64,000 bases of DNA from Neocallimastix sp. 'constans' (lineage: Eukaryota). Below are positions 43,728-55,680 of this stretch, piece by piece. The position numbers were made by a program, and so were the translations under genes. Every line of letters starts with the position of its first letter. The first letter of the stretch is position 1. A model generated the notes under the pieces. It saw only the letters and a list, made by a program, of their open reading frames with translations. It had not been told where the DNA came from and did no database searches. Location of the stretch: NCBI GenBank assembly GCA_050613775.1, contig JBODTK010000001.1:744001-808000 (forward strand), written 5' to 3'.

Positions 43728-44477
43728 TTTTTTTTTTTTTTTTTTTTTAATAAAAGTTTCTAATTAAATATTCTAATGATTAATTTTAATAATATATATT
43801 TTTAATTATATATATTTTTAATTATATATACTTTAAATGAATATTAATTATCCAAATCTTATTTTTTAATTCTTCTATATTTTAAATAATTCCTTTTTTT
43901 TAGTGTAACTGGATAAATATAAAGTTATTTATAAGTTTATTATATTTTTTATTATATAAAGTATAAAAAATTTTTATATTATAATTTTATATTTATTTTT
44001 ATATTTAATAACTATTATAATTTTCATCGTTATTATAAAAATATTATTATTGATGTTTCTGTAATTATTGCTACAGTTTATATTATTTATTTATTATTTA
44101 TTATATATTATTTATTATTAATTTGTAAAATACTATAAGAAAAACTTTTTACATTTTTCTTAAGTAGGTTAAATATTATTTTTATTAATTCATTTATATA
44201 TATATTTGTAAATAATAATAATATTATTTATAATTTAATCGTCATTATTATTATTATTAATGACAATCCTTTTATAATTATAGCAATACTGTTTATATTA
44301 TTATTTTTTTTATTAATTATATTACTATATTGTTTATTTTATTATTATTATTTTTTATTTATTTATTATTTATTTAAACAGATATTAGTAAAGCTATTTA
44401 TATATGAAAAAAAAATTTTTTAATATTTAAATATTTACTTCAAAAATATAAATACATCAATATTAAAAATATTTAAT

Positions 44478-44533
<56 letters not shown>

Positions 44534-45189
44534 TAATTCTCAATTTGGCGAAATGCCACATTTCTTTTAATACGTCACATGCTTTCAAAAAAATTGGCGA
44601 AACGCAACCTGGCGAAATGCCCCACACCCGAAAAAACTGGAGAAAATTATAAATATATGATGAAAAATATTTTTTTTTAGAAAAAAAAAAAAAAATTTTT
44701 TTAATAATAATAAAAATTTGTCAAAAATTTGATCAAAAAATAAAAAAATTAATACTGAAATGAGCAAAATTTGAAACTTTAATTCTAATGTACATTGCGT
44801 TTGAATTTAAATATGATTCGTTAGCTGAGAAAAATTTAGGCTGTACTACTACAGATAAATAAGAATTATTAGCAAATTAGTAGTAAGGATATATAAAAAT
44901 ATTAAAAAAAATAGCAAATTTTCTTATTAAACAAAGATTTTACAATACTTTGTTTAGGGGGGAATATTAGAAAATTAGTATTTTTAGTTTATAAATTTAA
45001 TTAACATTTTAATTAATATTTTTATTTTATTACAACTTTTATTATAATTTTAAATATTAATTAGTTTATTATAAATAAATAGGATATATTATATTAATAT
45101 ATAGTTTATATAGTTTATGAATATAGTTTTAAAAATTTTTATTTTTATAAGCCTCTCTTATATAGTTAATATTAAAACATAGATTTAAT

Positions 45190-45570
45190 GGGAGAGTTGC
45201 ATTTCCCCAAATTGCATTTCGCCAGATTGCATTTCGCCAAGTGGCGTAGTATTAAAATGTTGCATTTCCCCAAGTTGCATTTCCCCAAGTTGCTATTCGC
45301 CAGGTTGCATTTCGACAAGTAGAGTATTGATATAAATAAATGAATAAATAAATAAATAAATATTAATTCAAAATATTTTTTAAAATTGTTTTTATGCGAT
45401 ATTAATAATATTTAATTTTATTTATTGATTTATTTATTTATTTAATAATTCTCAATTTGGCGAAATGCAATTTGGCGAAATGCCACATTTTTTTAATACG
45501 CCACATGCTTTCAAAAAAATTGGCGAAACGCAACCTGGCGAAATGCAATTTGGCGAAATGCCCCACACCC
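45190..45570. mobile_element. 381-bp MITE, internal-deletion derivative of the adjacent MULE family
   Basis: Same termini (GGGAGAGTTGCATTTC ... GAAATGCCCCACACCC). 9-bp TSD AGATTTAAT/GGATTTAAT (8/9). Multiple subterminal TTGCATTTC[CG]CCA repeats. Confidence 0.92.
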
Positions 45571-45757
45571 GGATTTAATGTATTAAAATATGTATGATCC
45601 ATCAAATGTATTTTGTATGTATAAATAGCATTAAATTATGTATTCTTAAAAAAAAAAAAAATAAGCCTTTTGCTTCAAATAAATAAAGTTAATAAACAAA
45701 CAACTATTGAGATTTTTAACAAAAAGAAAAAAAGAATACCTGAACGAATTTGAAAGG

Positions 45758-46113
45758 GTTGAGGTAGTAACGACTATATGTGTGGGTTAGGTTATAATGG
45801 TCTTAGTTTCAAAAAAAAAAAAAAAGGAAAAAGGAAAAAAAAGTTACGAAAACGACAGTGGAATGAAGAAGAAGAAGAAGAAGAAGCACTTCCTCCCCTC
45901 TCCCCAAGAGCAATAAATAAATAAGTAAATAGTAGTACTATAAAAAAAAAAATTTAAAAAAAAATTTTTTTTTTTTTTTTCAGTCAGTAAATTCTAGGCA
46001 TGTCAGAGAGGGTGGGTGGGTGAAGGTTGAAACCCTTCGGTAGGAATTAAGGCTGGTCCAGAAGGGACAATGGGACAATATCTACCTAGATGAAAGAGTG
46101 TGACTACCTCAAT
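45758..46113 (+). ncRNA. Candidate structured non-coding RNA, family not recognised
   Basis: GC-rich island with no ORF, closed by a perfect 10-bp helix (45759-45768 with 46103-46112) and containing several internal helices with G-U pairs on the + strand. Confidence 0.35.
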
Positions 46114-47010
46114 ATTCCTATTGGAAATAAAAAATAAAAAATTTATATCTATCTATCTATCTATTTTTTTTTTTATTTATAAAATTAATATGTTATAATT
46201 ATATAACTAATAATAAGTATTTTTATATTTTCAAAAAAAATTGTATTATAATGAAGAATATATGAGAAAAAAAAATATATAAAAAATTACTATGAACATG
46301 TTTAAAATGATAAAAAAAAAAGTTCAATTTAACTAATAATTAGGTATTTGTATATTTATTATTATTATTTAAGTATTTATTATTATTTATGTAAATAATA
46401 TTATTAAAAAAAAAAAAAAATATAGAAAAAATATTGGATATATAAAGAAGAATTAAAAAAAAAAAAAATTATGCAGATCCTATGATTTAATAAACAATAA
46501 TAAATAATAATAATAATAATAATAAAAAGATTGTATTTATAATAATAATAATAAGATTGTATTTATAATAAATAATAATAGTAGTAATAATAAATAATAA
46601 ATAATAATTAATAATTAATAATTAATAAATAATAATTAATAAATAATAAATAATAGTAAAACATTAAAAAATAATTTGATAAAAAAAAATAAAAGTAAAC
46701 AAAATCAATGAATTAAAAAAAAAAAATCAAATTTATATATATATAGTTAAAAAAAAAAAGTTTATTATTGTTATGCTTTTTTATTAATTTAAATTATTAA
46801 AAATAAAACAATAAATTAAACTAAAAACAACAACAATCAATAATTAAAAATAATAACAATAATAATAAATAATAATAATAATAATATTAATAATAATAAT
46901 ATAATAATAATATAATAATTAATAAATAAATAATAATAATAATAAATAATAATAGTAGTAGTAGAAGAAATATTAATATTAAGAATAAAATATTCGATAC
47001 AATAAAAACA

Positions 47011-47052
<42 letters not shown>

Positions 47053-47175
47053 TATTATTCATATTAAATAATAATAAATAATTTAATAATAATAATAATA
47101 ATATTAATAAACAAATAATGAATGATTGAATAAGTTCAATAATATAAATATTAAATTTAGTATTCGTATGATTAA

Positions 47176-47207
<32 letters not shown>

Positions 47208-47998
47208 AAAATAAACTATAATTTATACTTATAGTAAAAATCTTAATATTTAATAATGGTATGAAATTGTCATACATTTAACACAAAAATAATATTTAAT
47301 TTACTTTTTTTGTCATTGTAATTTTTTTTATCTTTTTCTTTTCTTTATTTTATATATATATATTTGTTTAATATTATTAATATTATAAAAATAAAAAAAA
47401 TACTTAAATAAAAAAAGTATTAATTTTTCTCATGTTTCAGAAGAGGTCATAATTATGCATACTTTAAATATCAAAATAAAAATAAAAAAAATAAAAATAA
47501 ATAAATTATAAAATATAATATAATTATTTTATTTATTCAACTTTTTTTTTTTTTTATTTATTTTATTTATTTATGTAAATTTTTTTTTTTCTTGTTGTTT
47601 CATGATCTTGAATAAAAAAAAAAATTTATATATATATATATTGGATTATCCAATAATTTTTAAAGTTTTGGGTGTATGATTTTTTTTTTCAAAATTATAT
47701 ATTTTTTATTTTTTTTTTCCTTTTTTTTTATCTTTTTTATCTTTTTTTTTTTTTTTTATTTTTATTTTATTAATATAAATGTAAATATGAAGAATAAAAT
47801 AAATGATATAATATAATATAAATAAAATAACATGAAATAATGGAAAAAAGAGTTTTTATTTATTTTTTATTTTTTATTTTAATTACTATTATGATTAAAT
47901 ACAAATTAAATATATAATATATTAGTAACCTTATTAAATAAAAGTAAAAGTATAAAAATAAAAAGTTTATTTCAATTTTTTTTTAAAGTTACATTATC

Positions 47999-49187
47999 TT
48001 AATGATGGCTTTTTTATAAAGTTAAGATGCTTTTTGTTGTTGTCTTTCGTTGATAATTAAAATTATTAATTAAAATAAAATTATTAATTAAATGATTTAA
48101 TTTATTAATTAAAATAAAAAACTTCTTTACAAGGTCATATTAAAAAATTTTTTATATTATTTTATACTTTATTTTTATAGATTAAATTTTAAATTTTATT
48201 ATTTTATAAACTTTTTAAAATTTTAAATAAAATAATTAAATTTTTTAATTAACTTTAATTTTTTTTTTTTATATTTAATTAAACTATCGTAAAATAAAAT
48301 TATAAATAAAATTAAAAAAATCAAAAAAAAATAAAATTAAAAAAATCAAAAATTAAAAATTTTTTTTATTAAATTTAATCACTGATTTTTTATTTTATGG
48401 TAATTTTTTTTATTTTTTTTAATATGACTTTGTAAAGAAGTTTTTATTTTATTTTATTTTTTATTTTATTTTATTTTATTTTTTTTAAAATTAATTAAAA
48501 CATTTAAAGAAATAATTAAAAAGATAAAAAATAATAATAATAAAATAAAAATTAAGAAGGAAGAGAGAGAAGTAAAAAGAAACATAGAATAATCTTTTTT
48601 TTTTTCAATAATTATAAATAATTATTAATGATAAAATATTCATTATTTTTCATTTATTTTTTTATTTTTTTTTTTATTTTTAACTTTTTTTAATTTATAT
48701 ATATTTATCTATATCTCTAAATTTTTAATTAACTAACATATAAATATGTATTATATATTATAACTTTTAATAGTATTATTAATATTATTAATCTTTTCAT
48801 TATGATTATTATTACTTTTGATTTATAATATTAAATATTATTACTTTTAATGATTTATAATATTAAATATTATTATTATTAATATTTTAATAATTTAATC
48901 TTTATTATTATTATTATTAAAATTATTAAATAAAATTTAATATATATAAATAAAATATAATTTTTTTTTTTAATATGACTTTGTAAAGAAGCTTTTTTAT
49001 TATTATTTTTTTTTTTTTTAATTTTTTTTTTTTTTACTTTATATTTTTTTATTTTTTTATTTTGTTTTAATTCGATTTTTAATTAATGAAATAATAAATT
49101 TAATTAAATCAAAATCAAAAACAACAACAAAAAAAAATAAAAATAAAAATAAAAAAAAGCATCTTAACTTAAAAAAGCCATCATTAA
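47999..49187. repeat. Long degenerate inverted repeat (foldback-like)
   Basis: ttaatgatggctttttt..aagttaagatgcttttt (47999-48035) is inverted at 49154-49187. acttctttacaaggtcatatta (48121-48142) is inverted at ~48970-48992 and also at ~48420-48441. Confidence 0.8.
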
Positions 49188-51244
49188 AATTATTGAATCA
49201 TTAATTATTTTTTAAATAATAAAAAATAAAAAAAAAAAGGAATGCTTATTTTATTTTTTATTTTATTTTAATTTTAATTTTAATTTTAATTTATTTTATT
49301 TTATATATTTTTTTTATTATTATTTAAATATAGATATAATATAATAATAATTAAATATTTATATATTTACTACTAATAACAAACAAATAAATAAATAAAA
49401 ATGAATAAAATCTCTTTTTTTTTTTTTTTTTTTTTTTTATCATTATTATCATTATTCAAAAAAATAAATTAAATTAAATTAAAATAAAAATAAAATAAAA
49501 TAAAAATAAAAAATATATCATTTTATTTAATATTGTTTATATTCTTATTAACTAACTTTTTTTTTTTTTCAAATAGGGCTTATAACATAAAATGATAGAT
49601 TAAAAAAAAAAAAAAAGATAAAAATTAAAGAATTTAGGAAAAATTAAAAAATAAAAATATTAAAAGAAAAATTTTAATTAATATTAAATAATAACTAATA
49701 ATAACTCATCATAATAACTAATCATTAATCATAATTAATAATAATAATTAATTAAATAATCATAATTAAAAAAGTAATAACTAATAACTAATCATAATAA
49801 ATAATCATTAATCATAATTAATTAAATAATAATAATTAATTAAATAATAATGATCATTAAAATAAACTTTGGAAAAATTAAAAAAAATAAAAATATAAAA
49901 AGAAAAATTTTAATTAATAATAAATAATAATAATTAATAATAAAAAAAAAAAAATAAATAACAATAATTAAAAAAATAACAACAATAATTAATAAGTAAA
50001 ATTAATATTAACAACAACAATAATAAATATAATATTAACAACAATAATAAATAAAACAACAACAATTAATAATAATATTAATAAGTAATAATACTTTATT
50101 AAAAACATATATATATATTTTTTTGAACATTTATTAATATTACTTTTTTTTCAAGCTATTTTATTTGTAATGTTTTTTTTAATTGTTTTTTTTTAATTTT
50201 ATACAAAATTATATATATATTTTATTGTTTTGTGCATTAATTAAATAACTAATATTATAGAATATTATAGGTATATTCATCTATTTCTTTTTTTTTTTAT
50301 TTTTTTTTTTTTTTTTTGGTTTTTGTTTTTATTTAGAGTAGTAACACTTTTAAATTAGAAATTTAATGAACTTTTTTTTTTTTTTTTTTTTTTTATATAT
50401 TAAATAATTAATAATAATAATAACTTTTGAAAAAAAAAATTTAATGCTGCTTACAAATGTATCGTTTTAATTTATAAAACTTTAAAAAAAAAATAATAAT
50501 AATTAAATATAGCTATACATATATATATCTAAATAGAAAATAAATATAAACTTTTATTTTTTTTTTTTTAAAAAAAAATTATGTATATATTGAATAGGAT
50601 ACACGAGTTTTACAAATTCAAAATATGGACATAGATATTAATATATATTTATATAGAGTGTATTAAAACTATTTAAAAAAAAAATGTTAAAATAAAGTAT
50701 TTCTTCAACTAAGGTTAAGTTAGGAATAAATATATATAAGATATAATTTTATTATTATTATAATTTTAAATTTTATTAAAATTAATAATTTATAATTAAT
50801 CCTATCTATTTAAAATAAATATGTCATAACATTTAATTAAATAAAATTTGAAAACTAAGATAATAAATAAATAAAATAAATAATAATAATAGTAATAATA
50901 ATAATAATAATATAATAAATAATAATTTTAATTATTGATTTATACTTTGTATATATATTAATTAAATTTAAAAATTAATAAATCTAAAAAGAATAAAAAA
51001 AAAGTCTATATTGAAATTAAAAACAAAAAAAAAAAAAAGAAGAAATATTAACTATATTATTAATTAAATAATTAAAAAAAAAAAGTCATTCTATAGTTTA
51101 AATTTTTATTTATATATATATATATTAAATATTTAATTTATTATTATTATTGTGATTATTATTATTATTATTATTATTATTTTTAGGGTGCTTCTTATGT
51201 TTAAATTTTAAAATAATAATTTGTAACTCGTCATTATAAATTAG

Positions 51245-51276
<32 letters not shown>

Positions 51277-51416
51277 TAATAAATAATAAATAATAATAAT
51301 AAATTGTTAATGCTAAAATATTAATACATAAATGTATTAAAAAAATTTATTTTATACAAGAATATCCAAATAAAAATAAAAATAAAAAAAATAATAAAAA
51401 TGAAATAATAAAGCTA

Positions 51417-51447
<31 letters not shown>

Positions 51448-54400
51448 TTAATTTTTTCTTTTTTTATCTTCATTTTATTTATTTTTGTTCTTTTTTTTTT
51501 TCATATGAAAAGAATAACACATGGATGGTTTCATGATTTTATTATTATTACATATTATTATTATTTATTATTATTAATTATTAATTATTAATTATTATTT
51601 ATTAATATTTATTATTTATTATTTATTATTTAATTATTTATTATTTATTATTCAATTATTCAATTATTTATTATTTATTATTATTATTTATTATTATTAT
51701 TATTATTATTTATTATTTATTATTTATTATTTATTATTTATTATTTATTATTTATTATTTATTATTTATTATTTATTATTCAATTATTCAATTATTAATT
51801 ACTTATTATTTAATATTTAATATTTAATATTTATTATTTATTATTTATTATTTATTATTTATTATTTAATGTTTAATATTTATTATTTTAATTATAAATT
51901 TTATTATAAATTTATTATTTACTTTTAACTTTTATTAAAAATTTTATTACAAATTTATTTTAAATTTAAATATTATTAATAATTATTTTATTAATAATTT
52001 TAAATTGAAATTTTTGTTTTTTTTATTTAAAAGAATCAATCTACAGTTCTATAGAAATCTGTTATTTATTTATTTTTGATGTAAAAACTTTTCTATTTTG
52101 TTTAAAAGAGGTTAAATTAAATATATATATATATATTTTTTTTATTTCATATAATCAATTTAATTATAATAATTAAATAATTAAATAATTGAATAATCAT
52201 ACAAAAGAGTATTAATAAATAATAAGTAGTAATAAATAATACATTTATTTATTTATTCATTTTTTTTTATTCTATCCTATTAGTAATAAATAAGTCACCA
52301 CTAAGTAAAAGTCATCCTAACAAAACTTTACATTTTGTTTCTTTCCCTATAAATAAATGTAGTACATTTAAATAAATGAATAGATATATTTATATATTTA
52401 TATTTTTATATTTATGGCTAATATTATTTTTTTTTCCAAAATATATAAAAAGAAAAAAAAAAGTATTATTAAAAGAAAAAAAAAGTATTATTAAAAGAAA
52501 AAAAATGTATTATTAAAAGAAAAAAAAATATATTAAAATTTCTTTTTGTTATTATATTTTTTATTATTACTATTATTACTATTATTATTATTATTACTTA
52601 TTATTATTATTATTATTATTATTACTTATTATTATTTATTATTATTTATTATTAATATTGTTATTATTATTACTTATTATTATTATTATTATTATTACTT
52701 TATTAAATAATTATGTATTGTTTTTTTTTTTTTTTAATATTATTTTTTATTTTTTAATTTTTTTTTTTTCTCTTCGAATAAAATTCATTTTTCCATTTTC
52801 CATTTTCTATTGAATTTGTTAAAGAGAGGATGGCCATTTTGTGTAACCATGTGATCTTATAAAAAAATAATAATAAAAATCTTTTTTAATTAAATATTTT
52901 TTTATTAAATTAATTAATTAATTAATTTAATTAAATTCAAAAAACTAAAAAAACTAAAAAAACTAAAAAAAATCAACAAAACATAAAAATTAAAGAGAAA
53001 AAGTTTAAAAAATAATATTAAAATTATTAATTATTAAAGTTTGTGCATCAATTAAAAAAATTTAAATATATAAAATAATAAAAAATAATTAATAAAAAAT
53101 AATTAATAACAAATAATTAATAAAAAGATAATGGATAAATAAATATAACAAATCAAATAAATAAAAGATAAAATTTATTAAATCATTAATAAAAAAATCA
53201 TTAATAAATAAAAAATCATTAATAAATAAAAAAATAATTAATAAAATAATAAAAATAATTAAAAAAAAATAATTAATTAGATCAATTAATTAAATCATCT
53301 AATTAATACCAATCTTTCTTCTTTTAATTTTTTTTTTTTTTAGTTCTTTTTGCTATTTTATTAATTAGTATTATTAATATTAATATTATTATTATTTTTT
53401 TTTTGTTTTATAATTAATAATTAAAAAAAAAAAACTATGTTGAGTTGATCATGACATTTTACTCTTCCACTATTTATTACTGAATGAATTTAAATTTATA
53501 ATTCAATAATTAATACCATTAATAATTAATTAAATTATAAACATATATTTATTTATATATATTTATATAATTATATATTTAAATTTTTATAGTTCTATAT
53601 ATATATCTATATATATAGATTTAGAAAAAAGAAATTCTAATAATTCTTTTTTTTTTTTTTTTTTTTTGTTTTAAATTTTCAATATTCTATTCTGTACATT
53701 TTATATTCTATATTCTACATTTTTGTTGAACTGTTAAGGCTCATGACTTCAGTTTATTACAGTTAATAAAATGTTCATGCTTGTATTCTGAAATCTTGTT
53801 GGCTAATGTCACGGCAAATTTTTTTTTCAAATTTCCTATTTTGGTCATTACTTTTAATCAATAATAGATATAAATGTATTGACATTTATTTTATTTTATA
53901 ATATCAAAAAGAAAAAGAAAGCGGTCAAAATAAAGTAATTCATAATAATTAATAAGTATATATAACTATGTAGAATTAAATGAATGTATTATAATATATA
54001 AATAAATATATTATAATTAGTAATGAATATTAAATGAATTAAGATGAAGTATTTAATTCCAATCTATTCTTTTATAATAATTATCCTATGTAATAAGGTT
54101 TAGAGCTTAAAAAACAAAAAAAATAAAAAAATAAAAACAAACAAACAAACAATAAAACTATTAATTAAAATAAATAATTAAAATAAATAATTAAGAATTA
54201 TAAATTGTTAATGGTGGAATATTTTTTGATAAAAAAAAAAAAAAACCAAAGAAAAGTTTAACATAAAAAAAAAAGTTTTTTTTTTTATTTCTTTTCTTTA
54301 ATTTTATTTCTACTATTTATTTTATTTTATTTTATTTTATTTTATTTAATCTGTACTTTATATTCATATTTCTACTATTTATTTTATTTTATTTATCGTT

Positions 54401-55649
54401 TATTTTATTCATTAAAATAAATATTACTATTACTTTTTTTTTTTCTTGAAGAGAAGATAGATTTGAAAAAGCTAATTTAATAATATATATATAAAAAGTC
54501 TTTATGAATAATAAAAAAATAATAATAAATATTTTATTTATTATATTTTATTTTTTTATTTTTTTTTTTTTTATTTTATCTATTTTGACAGCTTTTTTCA
54601 TTCATATGAATGTATTTACAATAAAAATAAAATATATAAATTTATAAAATTTTTATATTGACGGCTGTTACATTATTCTACATAAATGTTTTTATTCTAC
54701 ATGTAAATGATTTCAAGTCATCCATTTTGAATTCTTTTATTGGACGGCTATTACGGCTATTACACTTATTATCATGTATTACAATTACATTTTTAATTTT
54801 TGTAAATTTCTTTTTTCTTTTTTCTTTTTTTTTTTTTGTGGTGAAAAGAATTTAAAAATTTATTGATAATATATATACATATATATAATAATAATAACTA
54901 AATAAATTAGAAATCATTAATTTTTAAATAATTTTTTTTAAATAATTTTAAATAGTAATAAATTCAATTTTATAATAATAATCATAATAAATATATATAT
55001 ATAATTTAAATAATAATATAATCATAATCATAATAAAATATATAAATAATTTAAATAATAATATAAATAATAATAATATTAAATATATATATATATAATA
55101 TATATAAAAAAGTTTTTTTTTTTTTCAAAAATCTTTTAATTCTATAATTGACGGCTGTTGACATTATTATTAATGTAATACAATTTATATTTTTTATTAT
55201 TATTGTATTATTGTAATTTGTAAATAATGAATTTGTAAAAATTCTTTTTTTTTTTACGGTAAAATATAAATATAAGAAAATAAGAAAAAAAAAAAAAAAA
55301 AAAGAAAAGAAACCAATTAATAATCTATATAAAATTAATAATATTTTACATAATTTGATAAATGATAGGTATTATGTTTATAAATTATTAATATCCTACT
55401 ATATCATTTATCATTATCATCCTAATATTTATTATTTATTTTTAATCATTACTTTATCATATTTTAGTATTTTTTTTTTATTTATAAAATGAACAACCAA
55501 AAAAGAAAAAAAACAAGAAAAAAAAAAAAAAGAAAACATATAAAAAAAAAAAAAAAAAGAATGACTAATACAATTATAAAAAATGATCCATAATAAAATA
55601 TAAATATAAAATTGAAATTCCATTTTGAGTAAAGTTTCTTTTTTTGTAA

Positions 55650-55680
<31 letters not shown>

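Larger units (their letters stand above)
41013..44629 (-). mobile_element. Mutator-like (MULE) DNA transposon, 3617 bp, with TIRs and a 9-bp TSD
   Basis: Ends are GGGAGAGTTGCATTTCGCCA and TGGCGAAATGCCCCACACCC. Perfect TSD GAAAAAACT at 41004-41012 and 44630-44638. Contains a transposase remnant. Confidence 0.93.
39521..44870 (+). mobile_element. Probable second MULE-like remnant carrying a decayed ORF (~39785-41012, continuing 44639-44860), interrupted by the 41013-44629 element
   Basis: Starts with GGGAGGGTGTCATTTCG (14/17 identical to the GGGAGAGTTGCATTTCG terminus). Broken coding-like sequence follows (SEDVDEILKDMKKQIRNRRISIPG; ORFs 40254-40763 and 40806 onward). Right terminus not found, so the end coordinate is approximate. 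Confidence 0.45.

Noticed and set aside
45760..45780. TGAGGTAGTA matches the first 10 nt of let-7
   Set aside because: The rest does not match, there is no pre-miRNA hairpin, and let-7 is animal-specific.
45784..45794. Minus-strand TAACCTAACCC as a telomerase RNA template
   Set aside because: G-U pairing favours the + strand, and there is no room for a pseudoknot between this word and the enclosing helix. Not supportable without homologs.
46112..46120. ATATTCCTA equals the snR30/U17 m1 motif
   Set aside because: No downstream m2 (AAACCAU) or hairpin-ACA box; likely chance in AT-rich DNA.
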